The notes: generated by a model from the letters alone, not told the origin. A stretch of DNA of 62,681 nucleotides, filler included, from Reclinomonas americana ATCC 50394 (GCA_048213135.1; 5 parts of 4 records of this genome joined end to end with filler, not necessarily neighbours in it), one strand, 5' to 3'. Shown: positions 28,531-41,021, counted from the whole stretch's first letter. Made by a program: numbers and translations.

Positions 28531-31500
28531 ATGGGTAGAAGGCGGAGACAAGTGTCAGGTGTTGGGGCGGCAGCGGCAGAGGCAGCGGTGGTGAGTGAGG
28601 CTGCGGAGGAAGCGCTGCAAACAACGCGACGAACGAGGAGAACGCCTATGAAGGAGAAGGAGAAGAAGAATGAAAAGGAAGAACAGGCCGAGGAAGACAT
28701 GGATGAGGCGGAGGAGGACACACGACCGAAGAAGCGCCGGAAAGTAGACGCGGGCCACCACGCAGATGGTTTGCGTCGATCTCTCCCACCCTGTTCTCCT
28801 ATTATTCTTTGCCTGATGTTTGTTATGCATGTAAGTGCGTGTGTGCGTGTGCGTGTGTGCGTGTGTGTGTGTGTGTGTAGTTTGTGTGCTTGAGAGTGCG
28901 TGAGCGAGTGAATGAGTGTGTGTGTGCGTGTGAGAGAGAGAGAGAGAGAGTATGTGAAAGTGAGTGTTTGAGTGGGTGTGCATTTGATGTTGACTCGGTC
29001 TTTTTCAACCGTCGCAGCCACAACCACAACAGCCACCGCAGCCGCTGCAGCTGCTGCCAGTGCAGCTGCGGAAGTGACGGCAGCAGCACCTGCGGAAGCG
29101 CCAGCAGCAGAAGCATCTGGGCGATCAGGTGTGTCGCACCGCTCGACTCCACTGTGACGTCTCATTTCCCTCACTCTGTCTGTGGCGTGCAGGGAGAGGC
29201 GGTGCCAGTTTTACCCCGCGGCCAGCAGATACAATCCGCAGCTGGTTGGGCGACCACATGATCAGGGACGCCGACTATGTCGCCTGTTTCGTCTGCTTGT
29301 CAGTGTGCTGGGTGATTATATGCTCCCTTGCACTTATTGATGATGTGCAGTGCGCATGAGAAACCAAGCGACGCCAAGTGTGATTCTTGACAGCCTATCA
29401 GACGATGGCAATGCAACCCTGCGTGCGGTTGGGATCGTGCACGATAACGATCCCTTTCCTACGGAGGGTCAGTGGTGCATAGACGAGTGCGAAGTACTCA
29501 AGCCATACGCGCAGCTGTTTGGGGAAAAGTACGTAGCACTAACATGTGCTCTTCTGTCAGATGAAACACGCACACACAATACTCACGCTGTGTGTTATCC
29601 ATTGTTTCTCCTCTATTAACTTCATTCTTGCTCTCCTTCCCTCTTCTCCTTCGTCTTCTTCTTTTCTCCTTTCTATGTCTCGCAGGTTGTCTGGTTGTCC
29701 TCGGTCTCTGTGCAGATTGTGCATCGTTCGTGGATCCGTACCTTCTCACAATGTCTTCGCCTCTGCGTGTTCTGCTTTCTCTCTGGATTCATGGTCGTTT
29801 TCAACTTTCTCCGTCGTCGTCGTCATCGTCGTCGTCTCTCTCTCTCTCTCCGCCTCTTTACTCGCAGCATGTCTGCTCATTGTCAGTCTCTTAGCAGATT
29901 GTGCGTAGTCCATAGACTCGGTCACGGTCAGTTCCTCTGCGTATTCTGCGTTGTCTCTTTGCAGTTCATGGTTGTTTTCAACCTTTTGTGTTCGTTCGTT
30001 TCTGTGCCTCGTCACGCAGCGCACACGCATTCTCATGTTCAAAGTTGTTGAATATTCTGAGTGCGGCTTTCTCTTACTGCCAGCGCAGCGCTTACTCACT
30101 TGTTTCCTTCACCTGCTGCACGCTCGCTCTGCAAGTTGCTCATTCCCAATTCGTTTCCTCCCTCTCTCCGCTGCTCTCATCCTTGCGTTCTATCCCTTGC
30201 AGTGATGAAGAACGAGCCTCTGAGGAGCAGCGTCGGTATGTCAGTGTGTGAGTCTGTGCAGTATCCAAGAGCTTCTGACTCGCCTTACGCGTCTGCGCGC
30301 CCGATTCAGAATAGAGGCTTACAATTTTGGGAAGAAACGACTGCCGAAGGAACGCAGTACGGATAATTGGCCACTTGCTGGCATCCTTTCGCTGGCCAGC
30401 TTTCACCAGTGGTGCCCAGTGGGCCTGCTTCAAGTGGTCAAGCTAACCGAGAAACCGGTTTCCGCATCCCTGTTGCAGGTCAAGTCGTTTGGAGCGGTCG
30501 AGCCCCTGCTGAACAGTGCGGTGCGCTTCGTATTTCTACGTTCTCGGTGTGGTCAGTGACGATGTTGATATTGATTGCTTTATGCGCAGTGCGGCAGGCG
30601 AGTTGCAATGACGATCAATATGGATGCCGCTGCTTTCCCGTCCACGCGTACGTGCCCGCGTCCGGACCTCCAAATCGTTTTCAACAGGGGTTTTCCGGTG
30701 TTGATTGGCGAACTGAAGCCGAGTAAGCCGAATCGTGGCGAAAGTCAGCTTGACATGTTTGTTGTGCTGTTGCAAATGGCGTACAGCTTGTGGCGGCGGG
30801 TCTGTGAACTTGACGATGAGGAGTCGGAACAACATCGAGTTTACGGATGGCATCAGACTGGAACCGATGTCATCTTGATACAGATGAGAGCCACGGTGGA
30901 GACCGTCCGCGGCAAGGTATGCACGCATCGATCATTTATTTCGGAGATTGGGAGAAGTGACTTGATTGCTCCTCCGCAGCGGGTGTTTCTATTCCGATAC
31001 CAGAACATGTCTGACCTCGACGCTTATGGCACCCTGGCTCCATATCTGGAGTGGCCGATTGTGCGCACCGTGCTGCTGGCGTTGTTCGAGGGTACCAGAA
31101 TAAAGAGGGGCAAGTCGAAGTTGCGGCCGTGTCCCGGTCTGTCGACGCTGGTTTTCAACTTGTCGAGCCCCAAGGTATGCAGTGATACCGTTGCCTTGAT
31201 CTCGTTGCATCTTCAAGTTTTCTTTTCTCGCTCCCTTACTTCCATCTACGTTCGTGAATGATTACTGTGATGCGCTCGTTGGCCAGCCACGTACAAACTC
31301 GACGCAAACCGGCGGAGCCTCGGATTCTGCTCCACCTGTGCAGGTGGACGACGACGCTGGTGGTGGCGGTGGTGGTGGCGGTGGTGGTGGTTCGAGGATG
31401 CGCAAGACGGTCAACTGCGACTTTGCCACGGCGCGCCTTGTGAACGGCCTTCCGGTGGAGCTGGCTGTACTCCTGGTTTGTGCAAGATGCTGCTGCATCT

Positions 31501-32364
31501 CTCGTCTCACTTTGAGAGAGTGGAGTGGTATTGACTGACGCCTCCTCTCTTCTCGTTCCAGCTGCGACTGCCACACACGGTTCCGCTGTTGCGATACTGG
31601 ATCGATGCAGACCGCGGGTCATACGAGTTCACCATGCCTCGACTGCAACCGTGTGCGCCGCAGTCTATTGAGGAGGCACTCGAAGCCACACGTGAGGTGT
31701 GTGTGGCGCTGGCCGCCCTGCACGGAGCCGGATTCGTGCACTGCGATGTGAAGCCGTCGAATGTGATGAAGGACGAGCGTGGGCACGCAGTGCTGATTGA
31801 CTTTGATCACGCGCGTGTGGTGGAAGGCGGTGGCGGAGCGCGGCAGCAGCAGCAGCAGCAGCAGCAGCAGCTCATGAGTGCGCGTAGCACGGGGACAGTG
31901 GGGTATCAGGTGTGCGTGGCATGGCACGGAAAAGAGAGAAGCACAAATCTGCACACTTGTCTGCTGACGAGTGCTACCTGCGACAGGCGCCGGAGATTGT
32001 GGACAGCGGGCGCGGTGGCGAGCGAGTGGATACGTGGAGCCTCGGTGTTACTCTCGGGGCGTGGCTTGCGCGGATAGCTCCCAGTGGGTGCTCTGCGATG
32101 TTGAAGTGGCAGCATGGTATTGATGAGCATTTTTGCCGCGTTGGTACCGGCAGCAGCAGCGGCGAGAGTAGGTGGGAGGCGGCTGTGAGTGGTCTTGTGG
32201 GTGACATTCGAAGTTGCTTCGGCAAGAGGTGTGCGGGTGCGGTTGGATTGTTGGAGACGATGCTGGTGGTGGCGGCTCCGCAGCGGAAGACGTGTGCTCA
32301 GTTGCTTGAGGGCGGTGTGCTGTCGGCGTCTGCTCTCATTCGTGTGTCGCCGGAGAAGCGTTGA
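28531..32364 (+). CDS. NLS + PD-(D/E)xK nuclease-like domain + non-RD Ser/Thr kinase (Crinkler/RHS-type effector-like architecture), multi-exon
   Basis: RPKKRRKV at ~28723-28746; RPDLQIVFNRGFPVLIGELKP..GESQL at ~30658-30751; kinase ALAALHGAGFVHCDVKPSNV..VLIDFDHA..GTVGYQ|APE..DTWSLGVTL. N-terminal exon joins are less certain than the kinase. Confidence 0.75.
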
Positions 32365-33690
32365 CGCGGTGATGCGCTGGTGGTTGTTGTGCCAAGTGGC
32401 GTTGTGCGAATGAAGACGATGATGCAGTTGTCGTATGCTGTAGTTGTGGCGAGATGTGCATTAATTGGAGAGGCGAAAGCTGCTGTAGTCCTTCATTGAG
32501 TTGTCAATGAAGGAGCAAACCACGAATTCGCCAGATGATGTACCACGAAGCAAGCAACAGCTGTTTTGATGTACAGGCAGTGACAGGTGGAAGTTTGACC
32601 AAAATGTGGAAAACGCAGCGCTCTTTGTGAATACAAACAAGAGAAGAACGGACAGATACAATCGGATTACGGTTGTGACTGCTCCGTTCTTCTCTTCCAG
32701 AAACCTCAGTATACTAACAGTAACTATCACCAATCCAGCATTCGATTTAGCAAAATCCTTTCACCATCACAGGCAGGTGCCGCGGGTCCGGCACGTACTG
32801 AGATTAGCCTCCAGACTCCGAAGACATTCACCGGAAGNNNNNNNNNNNNNNNNNNNNNNNNNNNNNNNNNNNNNNNNNNNNNNNNNNNNNNNNNNNNNNN
32901 NNNNNNNNNNNNNNNNNNNNNNNNNNNNNNNNNNNNNNNNNNNNNNNNNNNNNNNNNNNNNNNNNNNNNNNNNNNNNNNNNNNNNNNNNNNNNNNNNNNN
33001 NNNNNNNNNNNNNNNNNNNNNNNNNNNNNNNNNNNNNNNNNNNNNNNNNNNNNNNNNNNNNNNNNNNNNNNNNNNNNNNNNNNNNNNNNNNNNNNNNNNN
33101 NNNNNNNNNNNNNNNNNNNNNNNNNNNNNNNNNNNNNNNNNNNNNNNNNNNNNNNNNNNNNNNNNNNNNNNNNNNNNNNNNNNNNNNNNNNNNNNNNNNN
33201 NNNNNNNNNNNNNNNNNNNNNNNNNNNNNNNNNNNNNNNNNNNNNNNNNNNNNNNNNNNNNNNNNNNNNNNNNNNNNNNNNNNNNNNNNNNNNNNNNNNN
33301 NNNNNNNNNNNNNNNNNNNNNNNNNNNNNNNGTTGTTGTTTGCATCGCAAGACCCCGTTTCCGTCGAAACGCTCAGAATTCGGACGTCGACAATTGCCAA
33401 TTCCTCGCTTGATGCATCCTCGCTGCTCCCGTCTTCCTACCCTTCGCTACTACATTAGTGTGAATAGGACCAGCTCCCCGCCCCCCTTGCCCGCCCACCT
33501 GCAGACACTCGCCCCGCACCAAGAATTCGAAACGAATTTCGAACGCACCAATTCGAAATACCGGCTCTCCCCCACCGGTACCCTCGCCCCCACCCTCCTG
33601 TCCACTTCCCAGTTCCCTCTATCTCTCTTTTTAACTACTTCCCCACCACCACCCTTCCGCCTGCCATGCCACATTTCCTCTGTCCCGGCC

Positions 33691-36599
33691 ATGTCACGTC
33701 TTCGTTCGTCTCAAGTCGGATTGATCGCCGCTCGTTTTCGTTATTTGGTCCTTTTCATTCACATTACACACGCGTGCGCGAGAGTTGAGAAGGCCCTCAA
33801 GTCCAACACACACAGTCAGCACTCTTGGTTTTTTGCTTGGTCACCCCCACTCTTTCTGTATAACAACAACAATCATGGTAAGTCACCACTCTTCCCTCCC
33901 TCTCAACACGCACTTGCACTCTCTATGTTGCATGTCTGTGTGCACTTTAGAGAGAGAGAGAGAGAGTGTGTGTGTGCGTGTGTGTGCGTGTGTGTGAGAG
34001 AAGAGAGAAGAAAGAGAAGAGCGCGCCATCACAACCACCATTTCGCCTCTCTCTCTTGACCTCCCCCCCGACAAAGTGCATGTGCACTCGTTTTCCTCGC
34101 GTGCCTGCATTTCACCTGTCACACACGCACACACACTCTTTACACAAGTAACAGAGAGCAATGGTGCAACACCCCGACTTGCGCGCCATGTCTCATCTCG
34201 TCCACTCACTCTCTCCCGCCCTCCCTCTCACACACACAGGACTCTCCTCGTGGAATCGCCAGCCTCGGCACGTCGGGCACCCCCGCGCGCACTCTCTCCT
34301 CTCACTCGTTGCGTCTCACACTCTCTCAAGTCACACACACATAAGATTCACTCACACGCGACACACACAGGAACTCGGGCGACATTCTCGGGCACACCAC
34401 ACCAGTCAAGTCTGACGTTGCGTACACACAAACACACACACATAGAGAGAAAGAAAGAAAGAGAGTGAGAAAAAAGCGCGCGACTTTCACCGTTATCTCC
34501 TCTTTCACACACACACACTCTCTCTCTCACACACACTCTCTCTCTTTACACACACCCCCCACACTTGTCATTACTCGGGCGCATCTTTATTGCTCATTAG
34601 GAGAAAAAGATGCATTTCAGCACGCACCGACTCTCTCTCTCTCCCTTTCACACACTCTTACACTCTCTCTTCTCTCCTTTACACTCCTTCCTTCATGTGT
34701 ATTGTGACATTCATTCGAAACGACTCCCACATTACTCATGCAACTGATTTCGTTTTCGACAAACTTGAACTGATTTTCCCATTCCCTTTCCCTTCATTAG
34801 TCGTGGAACAAGTGGCAATCAAAGGGCCGCGACACCAAGGCGTACGAGACCTCGGGCGACATTATCGGCCATCGCAGCGCGGTGAGCTCTGACGACTTCA
34901 ATCACTGGCCGAACCACAAGAAGCACCTGCGCCAGTCGGACTCTGGCGACGTGATTGCCTGCACGGGCTCGGTGCGCTCGCGCGAGTTCCAGGAGATGAA
35001 CTCGCGACACAAGCCCGCCGGCTTGTCGTACCGCGACTCGGGCGACATTGTGTTCAACCGCTCCGAGACCGTGTCGGACGACTTTATCACGATGGACTCG
35101 CGGCTAAAGAAGTCGCCGTACAAGAACGTGTCGAATGTGCCGATGGCGCAGGACAACCCACAGCCGGTGGTCGAGGTGCCGGGCTTCCGTGCGCCCAAGA
35201 CTGTCGGCAAGAAGGTCGGCGACTTTGCGTCGAACTTGCCCACGGCTGAGGATCTGGTGCGCACCTACCGCCCCCAGAAGCGCATGCTGGTGGTGCCGGG
35301 CACGCAGAGCACGACCGAGGAGACGTTCCGCTCGACCAAGCGCGTGTATGAGGTTTGTGAAAAAGGGAAAGGGAGAAGGGGAAGATAAGGACAGAAGGAG
35401 AAGGGGGCGGAAAGGAGAAGGGGACACAAAGGAGAAGGGGGCAGAAAAGAGTGTTCTTGGTTTTGTTGTCTCTTGCGCTTCTTGTCTCTTGTCGCTCTCT
35501 CACTTTTTGTCTCTTGTCGCTCTCTCACTTTTTGTCTCTTGTCGCTCTCTCACTTTTTGTCTCCTGTCGCTCTTGCACTTGTTGTCTCCTGTCGCTCTTG
35601 CACCTATTGTCTCTTGTCGCTCTCTTACTTGTTGTCTCTTGTCGCTCTCTCACTTGTTGTCTCTTGCCGCTCTCTCACTTCTTGTCCCTTGCCGCTCTTG
35701 CACTTGAGACAACGAGTGCAAGTGTCTCTTGACGCACTTGCACTCGTTGTCTCTTGACGCACTTGCACTTATTGTCTCTTGACGCACTTGCACTTATTGT
35801 CTCTTGACGCACTTGCACTTGTTGTCTCTTGACGCACTTGCACTTGTTGTCTCTTGTCTCTCTCTCACTTTGTCTCTTGTCACTTGCTCTTTCGAGTCGT
35901 GTGGCTCGCACTTACTGGCTCCTGTGACTCTTGCACTTGTTGTCTGTCCCTCCCTCCCCCATTCCCCCCTTCCCTCTCCCCCATTCCCCCCTTCCCTCTC
36001 CCCCTTCTCCCCTTCCCTCTCCCCTCGCCTCCCCCCTCCCTTTCCCTTCATCTCCCTTTCCCTTCGTCACCCTTCTCCGCCACTCACCCCTCCCTTCTCC
36101 TCTCGCGCAGAACAAGACCAAGCACTCGCCGCTCTCACCGAGCGTGCGCGACGAGTCCGCCGAGGTGGCCCCCGTGGCCTACCTGGGCGCTCGCAAGGGC
36201 CGCGTGCAATCCAACCACGTGCCGGCGTACTCGGACGAGCGCCGCCCCAGCCGCCGCCTGTTTGGCCAGAACCCGTACGACCACGGCAACATTGTGCAGC
36301 ACGACGACGAGCGACCGTCGACGGCACCAGTGCGCTTCTCCAAGCGCATCTTTGACGTGTCACGCGACTCGGAGAGCAAGCACTCCTCCGACGAGGTCGT
36401 CCACTTCAACAAGCGCGTCTTCAAGGACGCCACGCACTCGCAGGGCGTGGGACACGACTCGTCGCCGCAACCGGCACCAGTGTTTGCCCACACTGGCTAC
36501 AACCAGGCTCGTCAGCTGCGCTCTGTGGTGAACCCAGCGCGCGCGGAGCGCTACAAGAGCCACGGCGACATTGTCGGCTGGACCACCGTCAAGCTCTGA
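33691..36599 (+). CDS. Uncharacterised low-complexity protein with six (S/H)G(D/N)(I/V)(I/L/V) motifs (supported exons 34240-34307, 34371-34409, 34801-35352, 36110-36599; start uncertain)
   Basis: Strong coding-style codon bias, GT-AG joins that keep frame, and motifs NSGDILGH, TSGDIIGH, DSGDVIAC, DSGDIVFN, DHGNIVQH, SHGDIVGW. Confidence 0.7.
35463..35885. repeat. Intronic two-part minisatellite (TTGTCTCTTGTCGCTCTCTCACTT)n then (TTGTCTCTTGACGCACTTGCACTT)n
   Basis: Tandem ~25-bp units whose core changes partway along the array. Confidence 0.9.
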
Positions 36600-36984
36600 G
36601 CGGCTGCGCCTCCTCCTCCCCCTCCCCCCCCCTTGCCCTCCGCTGATGCGTATGTGGTGTGTTTTTGCGTGCGTGTGTGTGTGTGTGTTCTTCCCCTTTT
36701 TACAGTATGAATCATCATCCGCCTATACTTTCTTTTTTCAAGACCTTGCAAACAAAAGACTGTGTGAAGTATAAACAAAAAAACAAAAAAGCGTTTTGGT
36801 ACGACGAGGGGGGGAAAGGGGGAAAGGGGAAGGGGGGAAGGGAAGGGGAAGAGGAAAGAAGGCAATCTTCAAAGCTGCAGCTGTCGTGATGACGAAGTNN
36901 NNNNNNNNNNNNNNNNNNTGCTTGTGGCTGAAGAACGAGCTCATCCCCCCTGGTGTTTTTTCTCATTCATCGTACCCCCCACAG

Positions 36985-37819
36985 CAACTACGCGCCCTGC
37001 ATCTACCCGCAGAAGCTGGCGCAGATGGACGGCCTCGACCAGGTGCTGTGGTTGTACGACTACGACCACAAGATCACCGAAGTCGGCACGATGAACCTGT
37101 TCTTCTTCATCATCAACGAGGCCGGTGCGTTTTCTTGAAGGGTTGCTTCTCTTGCCCTTCTCTATTGCTGTGGTTTGGAGTTTGTGTAACCGTGTCTCAC
37201 GCGTTTCCCTCCTCCTGCGCGCAGGTGAGCGTGAGTTGGTGACCGCCCCGCTGGATGACATCATCCTGCCCGGAGTCACTCGCGACACGGTACTAAGGCT
37301 GTGCCGCCAGTGGAACGAGTTCAAGGTGACAGAGCGCTACCTGAACATGGGCGAGCTGATTGACCTGCACTCGAAGGGCCGAGTTGTGTGATGAAATGCA
37401 GGCCGCTGCCTCTCTTTCTTGTTTCCTCTGACATGTCTGTTTTGTCGCCGCCTCAGGTTCTCGAGTCCTTTGGCGCTGGCACGGCGGCCATTATCGCTCC
37501 AGTCGAGGGTGTCAAGTTCGAGGACAAGGTGCGTGAGAGAGAGAGAGAGGAGGGACAGAGTGTTGAAAAGGGCCGGATGCTCTCCTGTGTCCCTTTCCTC
37601 CATTCTTTTTCGTTGCTTCCCTATTCCTTGCCCTCTCCCTATCCTCCTTGTCACCACTCAGCTCCTCTTTTTTTCGCTCCGCCTTTTTGCCTTTTTCTCC
37701 TCTCGTGCCCCCTCCTCAATTCCCTCTTCCGCCGCTTCCAACACTCTCACACGTTCTTATTTTACCTTTCCTCCATACTTTACTTTCTTCACGCTCACAC
37801 TCTCTTCTCTCTCCTTCTC

Positions 37820-37854
<35 letters not shown>

Positions 37855-38483
37855 GTCTCTGCTACCGCTTCAGATCTGCCGTTCGTCTCCCTTCCCTTTG
37901 CCTTTGTGTTTCATTCTCCCCTTCTCATTCCGCTTCTTGCCGCTTCCTCCCTTTTCCCTGTCCGCCCTCGTTCCCCTTTCCTATCCTCCTTTCCCTTCCC
38001 CGTCTTCCCCTCGCTCACCCCCTTCGCCCTCCATTCCCTTTCCCATCCTCCTTTCCCTTCCCCGCCCTCCTTTCCCTTTCGCGCCCTCCTCTCCCTCTCC
38101 CGTCCTCCTCTCCCTCTCTTGCCCTCCTTCCCCTTGCTTCCCCTTCCTTCCCCTTCCCTTTCTCCTTCCTCTTCCCCTCCTCTCCTTCCCCTTCCCGTCC
38201 TTCCCCTTCCCGGCCTTCCCCTTCCCCGTCCTCCTCTCCCCTCGCTCACCCTTCCCCTTTCGGCCCCCCTTCGTCTCGCAGTACATGCAATTCCCGCTGG
38301 ACCCCGAGAACCCGAAGGCCGGAGCTGGCCCGCTGGCTAAGCGTCTGACCAAGACCATTCTCGACATTCAGGTGCGACACCCTTTTCCTCTCGTGTGAGT
38401 TTCCCATCGTGCATCTCCCTCACGCCGTCACTATTGTGCAGTACGGCCGCACGCCGAGCGAGTGGTCCGTTCTGATCAACTAA
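36985..38483 (+). CDS. BCAT: Branched-chain amino acid aminotransferase, 3' half
   Basis: [72 protein letters not shown] (PLP class IV motifs). The 5' half is absent and presumably lies in the 36899-36918 gap. Confidence 0.95.
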
Positions 38484-39177
38484 GCCGCACGCCCGGCTTC
38501 CTTTGTGTGCAAACTCGTCATGCGTGTGATTCCTGTTGCACAAGTTATTTCTGCTGTGTATCGCGTACCAACGCGGACGGGGCTTTGGTTTTCCCACGGC
38601 TTCAAGGCGCACAGCTTGACCCATTCATTTTTCCTGCACTTCGTGTGTGTGTTCCTTTAGTGGTGGTTGTCTGCTCCCTTCCACCCTTGTTTTCCAGGTC
38701 CCGCACAGTGTTGGCTTGTTTTTTCTTTCATTTCAGTTTTTTTGATGTGATGGTGGCACCAAGAATTTGTTCACTTTTTGTGCCTTTCATCACCTCTCGC
38801 TGTTGTTTCCTCTGTTATCATTTTGCTTCGACTTGTCTTTTGAGCTTTTTTTGCGGTGGTTCTCGGTAGTGGTGGTGGTGGTGGTGGTTCTCGGTAGTGG
38901 TGGTGGTGGTGGTGTTGAGGATGATGACGATGTGTGTGTGCGACTCGTGTGTGGAAGTCGAGTCGCATAGGTTTATTCATCTGTCATTCAGCTTGCGTGT
39001 GTATGGTTCTATTTGTGTATGCTACGAGGTGGTGGATGTGAGACGCAATGAGTGAAGATGGTTGGTTTGGTAATTGAGAATGATTGACTTGATAGTCCTT
39101 AGCAATGTCAGGAATGGTGGGCGACAGGAGACCAGGGAATCTGCTGCGGTGGTGACTGGTTCGCCACCATACTTGTG

Positions 39178-39700
39178 CGCCGTACCCTGCGCAGCGAGGT
39201 GCACGGGAGACCAGGATGTGCAAAAGAACAGACCACGCTTGAACGTCTACATCTTGCGCAGCGAGGTCTTCCTTGCCGTCGATCCATCACCACGACTTAC
39301 AGGGCGGATCAGGAGGCAGCAAAAGCCGTGCTGAACAAGTAGAAGTCTCGGCTTCGTTCTGCCACCAAACGCCCATCGGGATGCTTCTGCGGTATCCTGC
39401 AGCGAGGTCATTCATATCGTCGATCCATCACCACGACTTGCACGGGACACCAGGAGGCAGCAAAAGCCGTGCTGAACAAGTAGAAGTCTCGGCTTCGTTC
39501 TGCCACCAAACGTCCACCGGGATACTTGTGCGGAGTCCTGCAGCGAGGTCTTCCATGTCGTCGATCCATCACCACGACTTGGCAGGGAGAGCAAGAAGTA
39601 GAAGAGGACGTCCGGTTTGCAACCCTTGGCTTCGTTCTGCCACCGCAACGCCCAGCGCCGTACCCTGTGCCGCGAGGTCACGGAGAGCAGGAAGCCGTGA
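39178..39700. repeat. Modular tandem repeat with 141-bp period
   Basis: GATCCATCACCACGACTT at 39281, 39422, 39563; GGCTTCGTTCTGCCACC at ~39350, 39491, 39628; CGCCGTACCCTG at ~39178 and ~39656. Confidence 0.85.
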
Positions 39701-39817
39701 AAACCGTCCAATATGGTGAACAATGACAAATCTTGCCATCTGAGCTGCTTGCGCGGGCAGGAAAGTTGCCGAGCACTCTGTCGATAGTGATCAACGCACG
39801 ACAGAAAGCAATACCGT

Positions 39818-40337
39818 TCACTCCTCTCCGTCTTCCTCGTCCTCCTCCTGCACCAACTCCTCCAGCATGTCGTCATACGACGGCTCCATCAGCACACCAT
39901 CCTCCACCGCCAGCTCCTCCTGCTGCTGCATCGCATCCTCACCCACCTCGACATCCTCCAGCACCATGCCGCGTCGCCCACCGCGCGCCTGCTGTTGCTG
40001 CCGACCCTGCGCTCCCCCAGCACCATCCTGCACAGGCGGCGGTGCTCCCGGAATCGGAGGCAACACCGCCGTCAGCTCCTTGTAGACGGCCGGCAAGAAG
40101 CGACCCAACACCCACGCCACCTCCGCGTCCGTCAGCGAACGCGGCATGCCCGGTGGTGTCGGTGGTGCGCGTCCTCCCCCACGAGGCGGCACAGCCCCGC
40201 GTCCGCCCCTGGGTGGAGTGCGTTGGCCCATGGGTCCACCCGGTGGTGGAGGTGGAGGTGGTGGAGGTGGAGGCGGTGGAGGAGGAGGAGGTCCCTGGAG
40301 AAGGGTGAGTGCATGCGCACAAGAAAAAGAGAGAAGT

Positions 40338-40372
<35 letters not shown>

Positions 40373-40734
40373 GAGAGAAAGAGAAGGGAGGGAGAGAAAG
40401 AGAAGGGAGGGAGAGAGAGAGAGTGAGACAGACAGACAGACAGACAGAGAGAGAGAGACAGACAGACAGAGAGACAGAGAGAGAGCACGCATACCGCAGC
40501 CACGTCCGACAGCACCACTGTTGCTTCCTCATCGAGTTCCAGTCCACGGAGCAGCGCTGTGCACATTAGCAAGTGAGAGAGTGCGCGTGCGAGAGAGAGA
40601 CACACACACAAAGACAGTGCACCTTTTGATCGCTGATCCTGATCTGCAACACTCACAGCCGCCTGTGCATGTGCTACTGACACCAGCACAAGCAGTGTGA
40701 GAGAGAAAAGCCCGAGAAGGGCTCGACCTCTCAT
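39818..40734 (-). CDS. Putative secreted protein with polyproline/RGG-rich middle and acidic C-terminus (3 exons)
   Basis: Signal-like MRGRALLGLFSLTLLVLVSVAHAQA, then ALLRGLELDEEATVVLSDVAA|GP16GGPMGQRTPPRGGRG..LTDAEVAWVLGRFLPAVYKEL..EEDEEDGEE. Confidence 0.65.
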
Positions 40735-40974
40735 GCGGAAAGCAACACAAGTCGCGCGCGAGCAATATCCACGCATTTGCATGATTGTGCGAGAAAAGGT
40801 TGTTTCTTTTCTGCTTTACTTTTTTTTGGTTGCCTCACAACTCCATTGTGAATCCTCCCAGTGTGTCGCGCAGCTGGCGCACCTTTGCCAGTGCTTGCAC
40901 AGCGGTGGGACGAACCGAGCCCATGGTCATTGTCATGCATCTGCTCGTTGATTTCAGCAAAGAGAGCAAGAGGG

Positions 40975-41021
<47 letters not shown>

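Noticed and set aside
33522..33560. Three TTCGAA palindromes as a heat-shock element
   Set aside because: Spacing does not fit nGAAnnTTCn; it may be a promoter motif but is unsupported.
37388..38398. Long Leu/Ser/Pro/Phe or Arg/Glu/Gly ORFs, also at 21332-22006, 24114-25146 and 25061-25891
   Set aside because: Stop-poor intronic satellites and polypyrimidine tracts inside BCAT and AOAH.
39281..39645. CRISPR-like array
   Set aside because: The intervening sequences are homologous to each other rather than unique spacers; no cas genes; eukaryotic context.
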